The notes: a model not told the origin generated them from the sequence alone. 63,855 bases of DNA, filler included, from Octopus bimaculoides (GCF_001194135.2; 6 parts of 6 records of this genome joined end to end with filler, not necessarily neighbours in it); one strand, 5' to 3'; shown: positions 27,629-40,654, counted from the first letter of the whole stretch. A program made the numbers and translations.

Positions 27629-28442
27629 TTTTTAATTAAATTCTTTAGAAGTTGATTCTCTTTGAGACCTGTTATTACTGTTTGGCGTTCATACATCTGA
27701 AACTTAAACTGAAAATTAAAGAGTTGTTAAAACCACATCGTTCATTCAAGTGTAGGAACAGAATGTTGTAAGATTTTACATTATTTCGTTTTCTGAATTT
27801 ATATTTAGTTAGATGATAGACGATATGAGGTAAAATGAGTTTGGAGGCTGCAAGTGACCTTCACATCATACGGTTACTGTGGAAAGTATGTGGGTAATAT
27901 AGAAACCATATGGTCAACTGACAATGTATCTGACCGCCAGATAAAACTTGTGACCAACAGACACATTGTGTGACTACATGAGCGTGTTGTCACTGTATAT
28001 GATAATGTGAGACTGTTATCTCTGATATTTTGGTTACTACTGGCTCATAAGTAATTTTCTTCGAAAGGAAAGATATGAAATAATTGTGGTCTGTTTTGTT
28101 TTCCTGTTCCATGAAAGACTCGGAGTGTCAGCAAGCGAAGTTAAACTTGTAAGACTGTGGTTAGTTAAATGTGTTGCAAAGACCAGGAGACTCGGTTAGA
28201 ACATATGAGTCTATGTTTGATTAAGTGTGTTTCAAAGATTTCTTCTTGATGTTACTCGTCACCTTAAGCAGTGAAAATAGTGAGTTGATTCCTAGAGAAT
28301 TGTATTTATGCCATAGGGAAATTTTCTGCAGAAAGCAATAGAATTGGGGTCTGTTTCATCTTGGTACGCTCAAAAGGAATCGGTAAATATTTAAGACTAG
28401 AGTTCAATTGGATAGGGAGGTGAGACAAAAGGTAGGTTTAAG

Positions 28443-28690
28443 ACAGGGTTTCTCAACCGGAATCCATATGACCTTTGGGGCTCCATATAAGATTTTATTG
28501 TTAAAATTTGTGTGTAATAAACTTCTTATACTTCTACAACACACGAAATATTTTAGCTTTTTTACACAATTCCTAATATTTAATTATAGAAATGCGGTAG
28601 GGTTTTTTATACACATCAAATAGCTACGTAGGTCTAGTAGAGTAAAATAGGAACCCAAAGGGTCCATAGGCAAAAAATGGTTGAGAAGTA
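28443..28690. mobile_element. hAT-like MITE
   Basis: cagggtttctcaaccgg ... aatggttgagaag termini resemble CAG.GGTTCTCAAC hAT-type ends. Related single ends occur at ~21703 and ~42227. Confidence 0.55.
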
Positions 28691-28939
28691 TTTATTTCAG
28701 ACAATGATAAAGGTTAAATTTGTTAAGAGCAGAAAATGCCAGTCACCTAAACTGGACGTGGTTCTATATCAAGAACAGAGCAAAAAGGGTAAAGATGTGT
28801 AGTGAGTAGAAAGTAATCGGAGTTCGAATTTTGTGTAGAGTAGTTCTATGAGTAAAAGACACAGTCTGGATATCTGAAAATAATTCGGAATTAATGTTTG
28901 GAAAAGAAAGAAAACAAACACAAAACATTCGTTTATAAA

Positions 28940-29115
28940 CTGTTAATTATTGAATGACATAACTCTTAATTATCGCATGACATATCATAGTTAATTACTG
29001 AATGACATATAATTTCTTAATTATTATATGACAATCTTTTGTTGATGATATGAATGACATAAATTGTTAATTAGTGGATGACACATCATTTTGATCATTT
29101 ATGTATGATGTCAAT
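28940..29115. repeat. Degenerate ~22-28-bp tandem repeat (ttaattattgaatgacata core)
   Basis: About 6-7 imperfect copies of taatta..atgaca. Confidence 0.65.
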
Positions 29116-31296
29116 TATTTTACATTATCAAAAGTTTGAAGTTAGTGACCTTGGTCATTTTTGGTCAGTTTTGACCAGATCGTTTAATATAGATAATCAT
29201 TAGTTCTGGTCATGTGTATCAATAAATTTATATTAACATATAAATACATATAGGTATATGGCGGGGAGATGAGGATTTAGAGGGAAAAAGACATAATCAC
29301 ACATTTCATATAAACACACGGACACATATACACACACACGCACGCACGCACGCACGCATGCACGCAATCATATGTACACATATATTTTCATATAAGCACA
29401 CGCACACACTCATACGCACGCACACGTTAACGGAATTGTTTTAATGAATTGTACACTTGATTCTAGGAAACATGAGTAACAATCAGTTGACATGTGTGCA
29501 TATATTGACTTCAGAGTATGTTTATTTGTAGTTGTGTAGGTGATGTGTGTGATTTCTATCAGAACTAAACTTTTATTTCTAACTTAGCAATGTCATATGA
29601 CCCTTTTTTACCAAGGGACGTCACAAATCTACAGAGCAAACTGTTCTGAAAGACCCCAAAATCTAAAGTGAAACCAACTTTAGAATATTCAATGAGAAAT
29701 AGGTTTAGTTGATCTCCATTTTACAAATGACAACTACATATTATCAAAGAAGGCTGGAACTTTCTACAAAATGTAAAGCATTCTTGTCACCTATGATAGC
29801 ACGAGATGATTCTATTAAGTCTTTTGCTTTCGACTTCCTGTAACTCAGAAATTGATAATTGCCAAATACATTCATTTCAAATAATATAAACCAAGATAAT
29901 GTTTATATAACGCATGAATGTCTCGTGTATTAATATTATATGGATACATGCACTAAATATCAAACAAATGTAGTATGGCACTTGAGGTGTGCTGCATATA
30001 GCATGAAGGATGCAATCGGAATAGTAAGTCACACAAGAGATATTAGCAGGAGACGTGTGGTAATAAATACGTAGAGTTGCTAAACGATTTAGCACAATGC
30101 ATGTAGTGGAAATGTGTGTCTAATGGAAGCCAAAGTTTGACTCTTTCCTGTAGCATGTAAGAAATTCACCTTCATGAAATGTTGCTTTACATCCTTGTGT
30201 TCACCTGACAACTTCGGATTATATACAGTTAGGACTCACGTTACGGATTTATTTTGATAATAAGTGAATATGACATTATGATTTTTATGGAAACAGTAAC
30301 AATATGAGTGTAATTAACAAGAAGAGTTGTGTTAAGAAACTATAGTTTAACAAGAATATGGTTAACTTGTACAAATATAACAAATGATTTCTACCACAGG
30401 CACAGGGTCACAAAATTTAGTGAGTTGGGTACAGTCGGTTTTAATTATACCAGTCCTGGAACCGGTATTTGTTTTATAGATTCAGAATAATATGGCGGGA
30501 TTTGAAATCAGAATGTAAATAAATAGCGCAAAACATTTTCTCCCGTGCTCTGTCAATTCCACCATCTACAGCTCTCAGACGGTTGTATCTAGTCCAAATA
30601 TGTAATATGATCCAATATAAACATACAACAATCTAAACTGATACATTTCACTAACAACTATATAGAAGTAAGTCTAACAAGTGTACAACTAACGATTTCA
30701 CGTCTGGTGTTTCCTCATAACACTATTCTTGCCAAATCTCCGGCCACGAATTTAATTTTAAGACAAATATTTTGGGAAGGGTACAGTTGATTTAAACAAC
30801 CCAGGTTTTTGACTGGCATTTATTTTATGAACACTTCTGTAAATTTAATGTAAAATTATATAACTAAATTACGACTATGAATTTACCAATTCTATAACAT
30901 TGCTTTCACTAGTTAATAAAATGAAGATATGATACAACGGCTCAGGGATTCTAAAGGAGGAATGTGGCCGGTTCATTGGACTTCACTACATAACTAGTAC
31001 TTAACTATTGATCTTGTTTAATTGATTCTGTCTTACATCAATGGATAATAATTCCAACGAGGTGAACTTTGATTTCCATTATTTCAAGATGGATGGAATA
31101 AATACCAGTCATGCACCCAGGCCAATTCATCTTACTATGTCTCTCCTCTACCATTGATAAATCAATATGTAAGTAAAGAGCAAGGGAGCTGCTTAAAACT
31201 ATAGTTTGGGTCAACTTGGCATAAAGTTGCCTGGACTGCTATAAATTAGAAGCAATTGGAATAAAATTGACAAGACTACAAATAAATAGACTGGAG

Positions 31297-31544
31297 ATTG
31301 CTGTGTGGAAGACACAAGTTAGCCATTCAGAAACACACAAAGACCGTTAACTTCATTGAAACATTTATTTGTAATACTGTGCCAAAATTTTCGTCGCTCG
31401 AAACTGCGCAAAATTTTGTCGGTGAACCGATCGCAGTTTCGAGCGACGAAAATTTTGACACAGTATTACAAATAAATGTGTAAGCGAAGTTAACGGCCTC
31501 TGTGTGTTTCTGAATGGCGAACTTTTGTCTTCCACGCTACAATC
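31297..31544. repeat. Near-perfect inverted repeat (foldback hairpin/palindromic MITE)
   Basis: Arms of ~110 bp (31297-31408 and 31432-31544), ~90% complementary by eye, with a 23-nt loop. Confidence 0.92.
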
Positions 31545-32014
31545 GCTTTAGTTTCAGCACACAATTTCAGATCAAAAGACGTGTTAAAGACGTACATCTT
31601 CTTAAATAGACTGGGTTATTGTAAAAAGACTGTACATTTATATACATATATGTACATTTATAAATTGTAATGGACAACTAAAGAGTAGATTCTGGATTGC
31701 TAAAACAAAATAGAATTGACCAACCTCTTATGATTTAACCACCTTGTAAAAAACTATTGATTTAAAATGATCGAAGACACTCCAATCATATCCACCCTAT
31801 CTGTAACTCGGACATAGTCTACCTAGGATTACATTATCCTATTTGCTTTAAGATTGTTGCGTGTAATTTGAGGGATATTGTTTGTTACTTTTCATATGTT
31901 GAGTTGCAATATAGAAGCTCTACCTATAAACTCGTTGCTATTGCTGTGATGGTTGCTTGAGTTACTGTTAATGTTGTAGTTGTTGAATTTGTTGTAATTA
32001 CTGTGTAGCTGTTG

Positions 32015-32046
<32 letters not shown>

Positions 32047-32487
32047 GGTGGTGGTGGTGGTTTTGGTGGTGGTGGTGGTAGTGGTGGTGGTGTTTATCTC
32101 AGATCTTTCATCAAAATCATTCCAGCCGTGATCATCTCGTCTTTTCCTTGACACAGTTCACCTACAATTCAGTGTAGCATTCTGTTCTAAACCAGATATT
32201 GATGGAAGATTTAGCTGCTTTTTCAAGCAGATCAAGCGACCGCGTTGATGTTCTTTTGTTGACGATTTTGTTGCTGATATAGTTGTTGACTATATGTTTT
32301 TGATGTTGTTGATGGTGTTTACCATACCATTATATTTAACCGCTTCGCAACGTCAATCAACTCCGAGGCATGAAGAATAAATTTACACCAGTTTCCAATT
32401 CCTTAAAAAGTAATTTTATTAATTAATTATCATATTTTATTTTTATCATCGCCAATCATCCTCGTCGTTATCATCGTCGTCGCCTAC

Positions 32488-32518
32488 TCACCAATTCCCC
32501 ATGTTGGTGTCGTTGTTG

Positions 32519-32592
<74 letters not shown>

Positions 32593-32667
32593 GCTATTGA
32601 TGTTTTCTGGTCGTTTATTCATGTTGTCACATTTACAAAGTTGCCCTGCTTGAATCTGCTGCTGTTT
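32488..32667 (-). CDS. Possible C-terminal continuation of the PERCC1-like ORF after the gap (KQQQIQAGQLCKCDNMNKRPENINS-polyN-DTNMGNW*)
   Basis: Open frame whose poly-Asn composition resembles the upstream ORF. Its frame relative to the upstream part is unknown because of the 740-N gap, so it could instead be 3' UTR. Confidence 0.3.
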
Positions 32668-33407
32668 NNNNNNNNNNNNNNNNNNNNNNNNNNNNNNNNN
32701 NNNNNNNNNNNNNNNNNNNNNNNNNNNNNNNNNNNNNNNNNNNNNNNNNNNNNNNNNNNNNNNNNNNNNNNNNNNNNNNNNNNNNNNNNNNNNNNNNNNN
32801 NNNNNNNNNNNNNNNNNNNNNNNNNNNNNNNNNNNNNNNNNNNNNNNNNNNNNNNNNNNNNNNNNNNNNNNNNNNNNNNNNNNNNNNNNNNNNNNNNNNN
32901 NNNNNNNNNNNNNNNNNNNNNNNNNNNNNNNNNNNNNNNNNNNNNNNNNNNNNNNNNNNNNNNNNNNNNNNNNNNNNNNNNNNNNNNNNNNNNNNNNNNN
33001 NNNNNNNNNNNNNNNNNNNNNNNNNNNNNNNNNNNNNNNNNNNNNNNNNNNNNNNNNNNNNNNNNNNNNNNNNNNNNNNNNNNNNNNNNNNNNNNNNNNN
33101 NNNNNNNNNNNNNNNNNNNNNNNNNNNNNNNNNNNNNNNNNNNNNNNNNNNNNNNNNNNNNNNNNNNNNNNNNNNNNNNNNNNNNNNNNNNNNNNNNNNN
33201 NNNNNNNNNNNNNNNNNNNNNNNNNNNNNNNNNNNNNNNNNNNNNNNNNNNNNNNNNNNNNNNNNNNNNNNNNNNNNNNNNNNNNNNNNNNNNNNNNNNN
33301 NNNNNNNNNNNNNNNNNNNNNNNNNNNNNNNNNNNNNNNNNNNNNNNNNNNNNNNNNNNNNNNNNNNNNNNNNNNNNNNNNNNNNNNNNNNNNNNNNNNN
33401 NNNNNNN

Positions 33408-34279
33408 CACTTATCTTCATAAATATCACAAGAGTCCTCGTCACCATGCTTACGACCGAAAAACTTCTGTATATCGGCACTGATCAACTGAGCAAAATCT
33501 ATCAGTTGTTTACTTGCATTTGGGGATTCAGGTCTTCGAGGATAGTTGAGAACTGGAAAGTAAACTTCTTCGAGGTCAGCCGAATAATGTGAATCATGAT
33601 CACTAAAATCATCATCGTCAGCAACGCAATCATCATCATCATTATTATCATTTTTATTATTATTATTATTATCATCATCATCGTCGTCGTTGTTACTGTT
33701 GACGTTTGTGTGACCGTCGTGGTAATTGCTTTTCATGACATTATTGCAAATAACAGTTGAATTTGCTAAGTTGCTGTGATTTCTGAAATGGCTAAATCCT
33801 TGGAAGTGCTCACCATTGAATACATTGTTGCTAACATGTGCAGCAGTTGCAGAAGACATCTCAGCTGTGCTAATACTGCATCTATTATTGCAATAAATGT
33901 CTGTGTCTTCACTACAACTATCATCAAAACCATCCTCATTATCTTGTCCGTCGAGAGAGGCAGCCTTAGCTAGAGCTTGAAAAGATTTTTTAAATATCGA
34001 TGTTGGTGTAGTCCTCAGTTCAACAGGCCTCAAAGACGGTAGGTTTGCTCTGTGAAGACTCGCTGTCACGTTACTGTCATGCATAGTAGCACCAATGGAA
34101 GCAACTGCTGTCATAGCTGAAAGTTTATCGTCTGGCTCCAATGATACACCACGTCCTCTCTGTTCTGGGTGACTAAATCTAAACAAACGATCATCGCTGC
34201 CTGAACACTGACTATTCAATGGCTTTCTGAGTGTTTCCTTTTTTAGTAATCTTCGTTGATCGCTTCTTCGAACGCACAT
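33408..34279 (-). CDS. PERCC1: PERCC1-like protein, N-terminal ~290 aa (3' end lost in gap 32668-33407)
   Basis: The only long, non-repetitive open frame in the window. An acidic D/N tract precedes PESPNASKQLIDFAQLISADIQKFFGRKHGDEDSCDIYEDK, which matches the PERCC1 core as I recall it (human ~[42 protein letters not shown]). An in-frame TGA lies immediately upstream of the ATG. Confidence 0.85.
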
Positions 34280-34296
34280 TCACAATACTCGATCAC

Positions 34297-34312
34297 CTGA
34301 AAATAACAATAA
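34297..34312 (-). other. Predicted 3' splice acceptor 17 nt upstream of the PERCC1-like ATG (5'-UTR intron)
   Basis: Minus strand attgttattttcag|gtgatcgagtattgtgaATG. Confidence 0.55.
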
Positions 34313-36799
34313 TATAATATTACCATTAATTGAAACATTGACAGAAATTGCATTAGTAATTATTATAAGGCGTTGACAGTTGTAATAAAACAACGGCCTT
34401 TATAAGCAGTCAAGATAAGGATATCAGTTATATGAATGTTAGCAGTCATAAAATTAATGATAGTTAATACAAGAAAAATAGCAATAATTTTGAAAATATT
34501 ATCAATCAGTAGAATGTTATCATTACAATAGGGTTTCATATATGTAATATAGCGAGATGAAAAATATTGATCAACTGAGGTTATCCAAATACATTGGAAA
34601 CAAAAACTTCCTCTGAGTGTGTTTAAAACTTGAAACCGAACAACTCGGATAAGATCAGTGGTGATCGAGACATGTGATCAATATAGACAATGTATGTTGC
34701 AGGGAACTTGGTCTTCAGAAGCATTTAGACAGTGCGGTGAACGTGTTTCGATCATATTAGACCTCCTCAGCGGAACAAATTCTATTCATCTGGAATATAT
34801 ATATATATATANNNNNNNNNNNNNNNNNNNNNNNNNNNNNNNNNNNNNNNNNNNNNNNNNNNNNNNNNNNNNNNNNNNNNNNNNNNNNNNNNNNNNNNNN
34901 NNNNNNNNNNNNNNNNNNNNNNNNNNNNNNNNNNNNNNNNNNNNNNNNNNNNNNNNNNNNNNNNNNNNNNNNNNNNNNNNNNNNNNNNNNNNNNNNNNNN
35001 NNNNNNNNNNNNNNNNNNNNNNNNNNNNNNNNNNNNNNNNNNNNNNNNNNNNNNNNNNNNNNNNNNNNNNNNNNNNNNNNNNNNNNNNNNNNNNNNNNNN
35101 NNNNNNNNNNNNNNNNNNNNNNNNNNNNNNNNNNNAAAAGTTATTTTATAGTTCACGGTTAGCAGCCAGGAGTATTTCTTAAACCGTTAGCTTCACATTT
35201 CAACAGCTTAACTGAAATTTAGCCCAAGTAACAAGAACTGAGAGGGATATAGTGGAACAGAGAAACTGTGGTTGATACAGATAATTTGACATTATTTTTG
35301 ATTTCTGCATCCAAAAACATTTAACAGACAAGTATTCTTTTTCTTGGGACAAATTCTTTGTTGATCAGTGTTATTCTTATCGTAGTTTACAAATCCAAGC
35401 ATGAAAACTTTGAAGGTTTGGAGACAGAGCCCCCTTTTCACACACGCACACACATATGCACTTATATATTAATGATGTACACAAATACATGGCATGTATA
35501 CATAATACTGAAATACGCATAAAATAAACCCATGCAGACAAACATATTAATATAACAAATTTTAAAAAATAAATACATAAATCAATGAAGAAACAAAAAA
35601 GAAACAGTAAGATTATACATGTTGACTTTATTGGGTATTTCTGTTTATTTAGAAACCTACAATGAAAAGGTCATTTCACNNNNNNNNNNAGAAACCTACA
35701 ATGAAAAGGTCATTTCACAGACGCTAAACGATAAATTTCAAAGGGTACAACCTTAACGTTGATACCGCTCCTCTTAACGCAGAAAATTTATCTCGCTTTT
35801 GGCTTAAAAATACAGTTTTTTTCTATTTTTAGACCTCTGTAGCTTTTCCTCCAATTTTGTTCTCCACAACATCATACCTTCATAGCAATAAGACTGGAAG
35901 ACTACATTATTATAGCTGATTTTCAGATGTTTTACTGTCTTTTAAAAAACGCATATTTTGCGAATAAAAAAGAAAACTAGATCCCACCAAAATTGAAAGC
36001 AGTCTGAGCAAAATTAAAGGGGGCTGATTTGGCGAATGAAACTAACTAGATCCGAACTTTCAAGCAAAGGTATCGAGTACGTTAAAGCACTGACAGATAG
36101 GGTAATAAAGTTAGACAAACGTTGGAAGCCACTGGTGAGTAAGAACTGGGCAGACCTAGGGCTAAACAACAACAGTAACAAGCAAACCGTCACACAAGAG
36201 AGCGTATATAATGGTCACTATCAACCTCATGTTATCTATCATCTGATGGTCAGTGTAAACACAGGATGTCCACACTGTCTGGTTTGACAGACATGTAAAT
36301 TGTTTCACTGTCGCCATTCCCGCCTCTGTCTCTCTCTCTCTAACTATCTCTCTCTATCTATCTCTCTCTCTCTATCTCTCTATCTATCTCTCTATCTCTC
36401 TCTCTCTTTCTTTCTCATATACGCTCGCGCACGCACACACATGCACTCACAGACTCATTCTCGAACTAGTCTATATTTTTGTTTGTAGTACGACGAGGTT
36501 CTGTGTTATCGGAAGTCCAGGTGATAAGACCATCAAAATATGTGTATGCGTATGTGCATGTGTGTGCGCGTGAGAGAGTGACAGAGAGAAAAGAAGGAGA
36601 GAGAGGGACAGTGTGTATGTGTGTGTGGAGGGAGGGAGCGAGTATGTACCTGCATGCGTGTAATGGACTAGATGCTGGTTAGCGCCATCTAATGCTCTGA
36701 TATCTTCGGATTAAATTCAACTCTAACCCTAAAACTAGAAGACTTAATACGTGTGTGTGTGTGTGTATGTGTGCTTGTGTGTGAGTACGTATGTATGTA

Positions 36800-36845
<46 letters not shown>

Positions 36846-38679
36846 NNNNNNNNNNNNNNNNNNNNNNNNNNNNNNNNNNNNNNNNNNNNNNNNNNNNNNN
36901 NNNNNNNNNNNNNNNNNNNNNNNNNNNNNNNNNNNNNNNNNNNNNNNNNNNNNNNNNNNNNNNNNNNNNNNNNNNNNNNNNNNNNNNNNNNNNNNNNNNN
37001 NNNNNNNNNNNNNNNNNNNNNNNNNNNNNNNNNNNNNNNNNNNNNNNNNNNNNNNNNNNNNNNNNNNNNNNNNNNNNNNNNNNNNNNNNNNNNNNNNNNN
37101 NNNNNNNNNNNNNNNNNNNNNNNNNNNNNNNNNNNNNNNNNNNNNNNNNNNNNNNNNNNNNNNNNNNNNNNNNNNNNNNNNNNNNNNNNNNNNNNNNNNN
37201 NNNNNNNNNNNNNNNNNNNNNNNNNNNNNNNNNNNNNNNNNNNNNNNNNNNNNNNNNNNNNNNNNNNNNNNNNNNNNNNNNNNNNNNNNNNNNNNNNNNN
37301 NNNNNNNNNNNNNNNNNNNNNNNNNNNNNNNNNNNNNNNNNNNNNNNNNNNNNNNNNNNNNNNNNNNNNNNNNNNNNNNNNNNNNNNNNNNNNNNNNNNN
37401 NNNNNNNNNNNNNNNNNNNNNNNNNNNNNNNNNNNNNNNNNNNNNNNNNNNNNNNNNNNNNNNNNNNNNNNNNNNNNNNNNNNNNNNNNNNNNNNNNNNN
37501 NNNNNNNNNNNNNNNNNNNNNNNNNNNNNNNNNNNNNNNNNNNNNNNNNNNNNNNNNNNNNNNNNNNNNNNNNNNNNNNNNNNNNNNNNNNNNNNNNNNN
37601 NNNNNNNNNNNNNNNNNNNNNNNNNNNNNNNNNNNNNNNNNNNNNNNNNNNNNGTGTGTGTGTGTGTGTATGTGTGCTTGTGTGTGAGTACGTATGTATG
37701 TATATGATGGATTCTCCCGTAGAGATTTCGACGTATGAGATCTAACAGCATGTCTGGGGTTTGAGTTTTTTCTTTTGTTTTAGCTCTGTTTGAGCATTAT
37801 GTCTCTTACGAGACTTTAACCCACCCAACGATTTACAGACAAGTCCACAGATTGGTCATAAGAATGGGTTATTATGTAAAGCAGCTGGCATGTTAATTCG
37901 ATACTTTGCCTTTGCTCCCATCTCTTTAAGATGATCCAGACAGTCCAATTCATAGTTCTTTATGGCTTTATCACAAGTCAAACTTAATTCGTTGTGATTC
38001 AATGTTCCCAGGGAATCTTTGTCACTCTCAGGTTAGCTTTGAGCTTATTCATGGTCTTCCTTTATTTCTCATGCATAAATTTCATTTTATTTATTTTAGT
38101 CTTTTTCATTGGGAGAATTCATGCTGCTCACTAACCACATGACAAGACTCTTTTGTTCTAGTCAAGCGAAGTGTTTGTTTTTGGTTGTCTGAATCGGTTG
38201 ATGTGTATATAAATGCATGTATGTACGAATAATATATTTGCTTGGAGGGTATGTGTTCACTTTAATATACAAGTGTCTATGCTATTTACTTTTTTCTCTT
38301 TAATAATACAAGTATTTATGCTTCACCCTCGTGTGCGCAGATTGATGCATTCCCATAGGCTCAGGAACTGGGCAGGGGGTGCAAGCGCATCCCTTAATTT
38401 TTTTTTTTTTCTGTGACGAGTGAGCAATGAAAATGCTTTGAACCTCCTACTGAAAAACTTCGTCACCAAAACAAACGAGCATAAATCCATTTTTGGACTG
38501 ATTTTAAATATTACTTTTTCATTTTTGGATTTATCTGATTTAGTTATGATAATTAGTATTATTAAATCTGATTGTTTTGCATTTAAAATTGAAAAAAATC
38601 GACATTGTAAAAACTTTTGAACCTGGATTTGCACCCTCTAAGCAAATTTTATTGCTTCACTTATGTGCATGTGTGTGTG

Positions 38680-38761
<82 letters not shown>

Positions 38762-39139
38762 AGAGAGGAAATTCACATAAGAGTAGGATTCTAGAGCATT
38801 TCACATGCTTTTCATGTTTAGCATGGAAAACTCATGGAGAATCTCTGAAAGGTTTTGCATCACTGGTTGATCGTATTACGAGAACACAGATTAGTTTGCT
38901 TTGTTCTTCTGTATATATGTATAAAAGTACGTTCAAACAATTTCAGTTTGACGAACAACATGAATATGAAATTTCAATATGCAGCGTTTTTGACGGATAC
39001 GGAATGATACTAAGTGATGAGATTAAATAATGTAGTCGTAGGTTAGATGCATTATGACTAACTAAAGAAGTAGATCGGATGGTTTACAGCTGGTTTGCCT
39101 TTATCCAAAGGATTATCTACAACAACAATAATACTAATA

Positions 39140-39950
39140 ATAATTCTTTTTTTGTAATAGGCATAAGGCCTGAAATTTTGTGAGATGGAGGCAAGACGAT
39201 TACATCGACCCTAGTACTTTGATGGAGTTATTTGGGATGTTTGGTGTGTTTAACAATATCATATTCTATACGTATATCTATTTGTATGGTGTGGGAAGAT
39301 GTGAAGAGTGTAATTTATGAAAATATAGGTGATGATTTATTTGTTATTATGTCAATAATAATTTTGTGTATTGACACTTTATTTGAGGGATTTATTTTTC
39401 AAAATGTGGTGATTTGTTTTAATGAAGTAATTAGATCGTAATCAGATAGTAATCAGAGCGTACAAATGAGCGAAATGCTGGTAAGCTTTTTGCCCGACGT
39501 GCTAACAATTCTTTTCTACTCTAGGCACAAGGCCAGAAATTTTGGGGGAAGGGGCCAGTTGATTAGATCGATCCAGAACGCAACTGGTACTTAATTTATC
39601 GACCCCGAAAGGATGAAAGGCAAAGTCGATCTCGGCGGAATTTGAACTCAGAACGTAAAGACAGACGAAATACCGCTAAGCATTTCGCCCGGCGTGCTAA
39701 CAATTCTGCCATCTCGTCAGCTTAATCATAATAATAATCCTTTCTACTAAGGGCACAAGGCCTGAAATTTGTGGGGAGAAAGTAAGTCGATCACATCGAC
39801 CCCGTGCGTAACTGGTACTTATGTTATCGACCCTGAAGAACGAAAGGCAAAGTCAACCTCGGCGGAACTTGAACTCAGATCGTATTGACGAACAAAATGC
39901 TGCTAATCCCGACGTGCTAACAATTCTACCAGCTCGCCACCTTAATCATG
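39140..39950 (-). mobile_element. Cluster of three SINE family B units, the third interrupted by a NUMT
   Basis: Reverse complement of the 14387-type unit. Heads at ~39945, ~39720 and ~39510; tails at ~39735, ~39515 and ~39150. Confidence 0.85.
39219..39436 (+). pseudogene. nad5: NUMT: fragment of mitochondrial nad5
   Basis: Invertebrate mitochondrial code gives LTMSYSMRMSICMVWEDVKSVIYENMGDDLFVIMSMMILCIDTLFEGFIFQNVVICFNEVI. This resembles the ND5 segment LT..YS.RL....M.G....... N..D......M..L....GG. The strand is T/G-rich, as expected for mtDNA. Confidence 0.72.
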
Positions 39951-40363
39951 ATAATAACATCAACAATAACAACATCAACAAAATCAGCAGCCACAGTAGT
40001 ATCCAAACAGCAATTGAACAAAAGCAAAGGGCCAGCGATCACAACTATTACAACACGAATAAAAACAACACCAACAGCAACAATCGATAAGTTCGAGGAA
40101 TGGACAATTATAAGTGAGATGTTGTATATTGAGGGTTTAAGTTGACGCCCTTAAGATCTATAAAATTTGTCGGTGTGTATACAGTGAGGTGAATGCAATA
40201 CTCTACGCAGTAATAAATTGTTCCAACAAAGCTTAAAAACAGATTAAGTAAATCCTCTCACGTTTCCGTCTGTTGTTGTTACTGTTGTTTATCTTAATAA
40301 TTTCCCTCCTTGTTACACTGGTTACTCATCTCTTAATTAAATACCCTCTTTCCTTTTCTCTTA

Positions 40364-40414
<51 letters not shown>

Positions 40415-40593
40415 NNNNNNNNNNAGAGACAAACAGAGGCGGAACATGCATATATACGCACAGATGATATAAACACACAAAGACACATAACTGAGTGTAT
40501 GTTATTTGCACGCTTGGTAATTTGTATGCGCATGTATAAGCATATATCTTTGTATGTGTAATATATATCTACATATATGTTATCACATACAAA

Positions 40594-40654
<61 letters not shown>

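Noticed and set aside
35650-35720. 29-bp direct repeat agaaacctacaatgaaaaggtcatttcac either side of a 10-N gap
   Set aside because: Typical unmerged contig overlap.
36036-36287. 83-aa ORF with an internal ctg|gtgagt donor
   Set aside because: It contains a SINE-type tail (gacctagggctaaacaacaac) and has no recognisable homology.
36750-37705. The same ~50-bp compound repeat on both sides of an ~810-N gap
   Set aside because: Cannot be distinguished from a collapsed or duplicated assembly of a repeat array.
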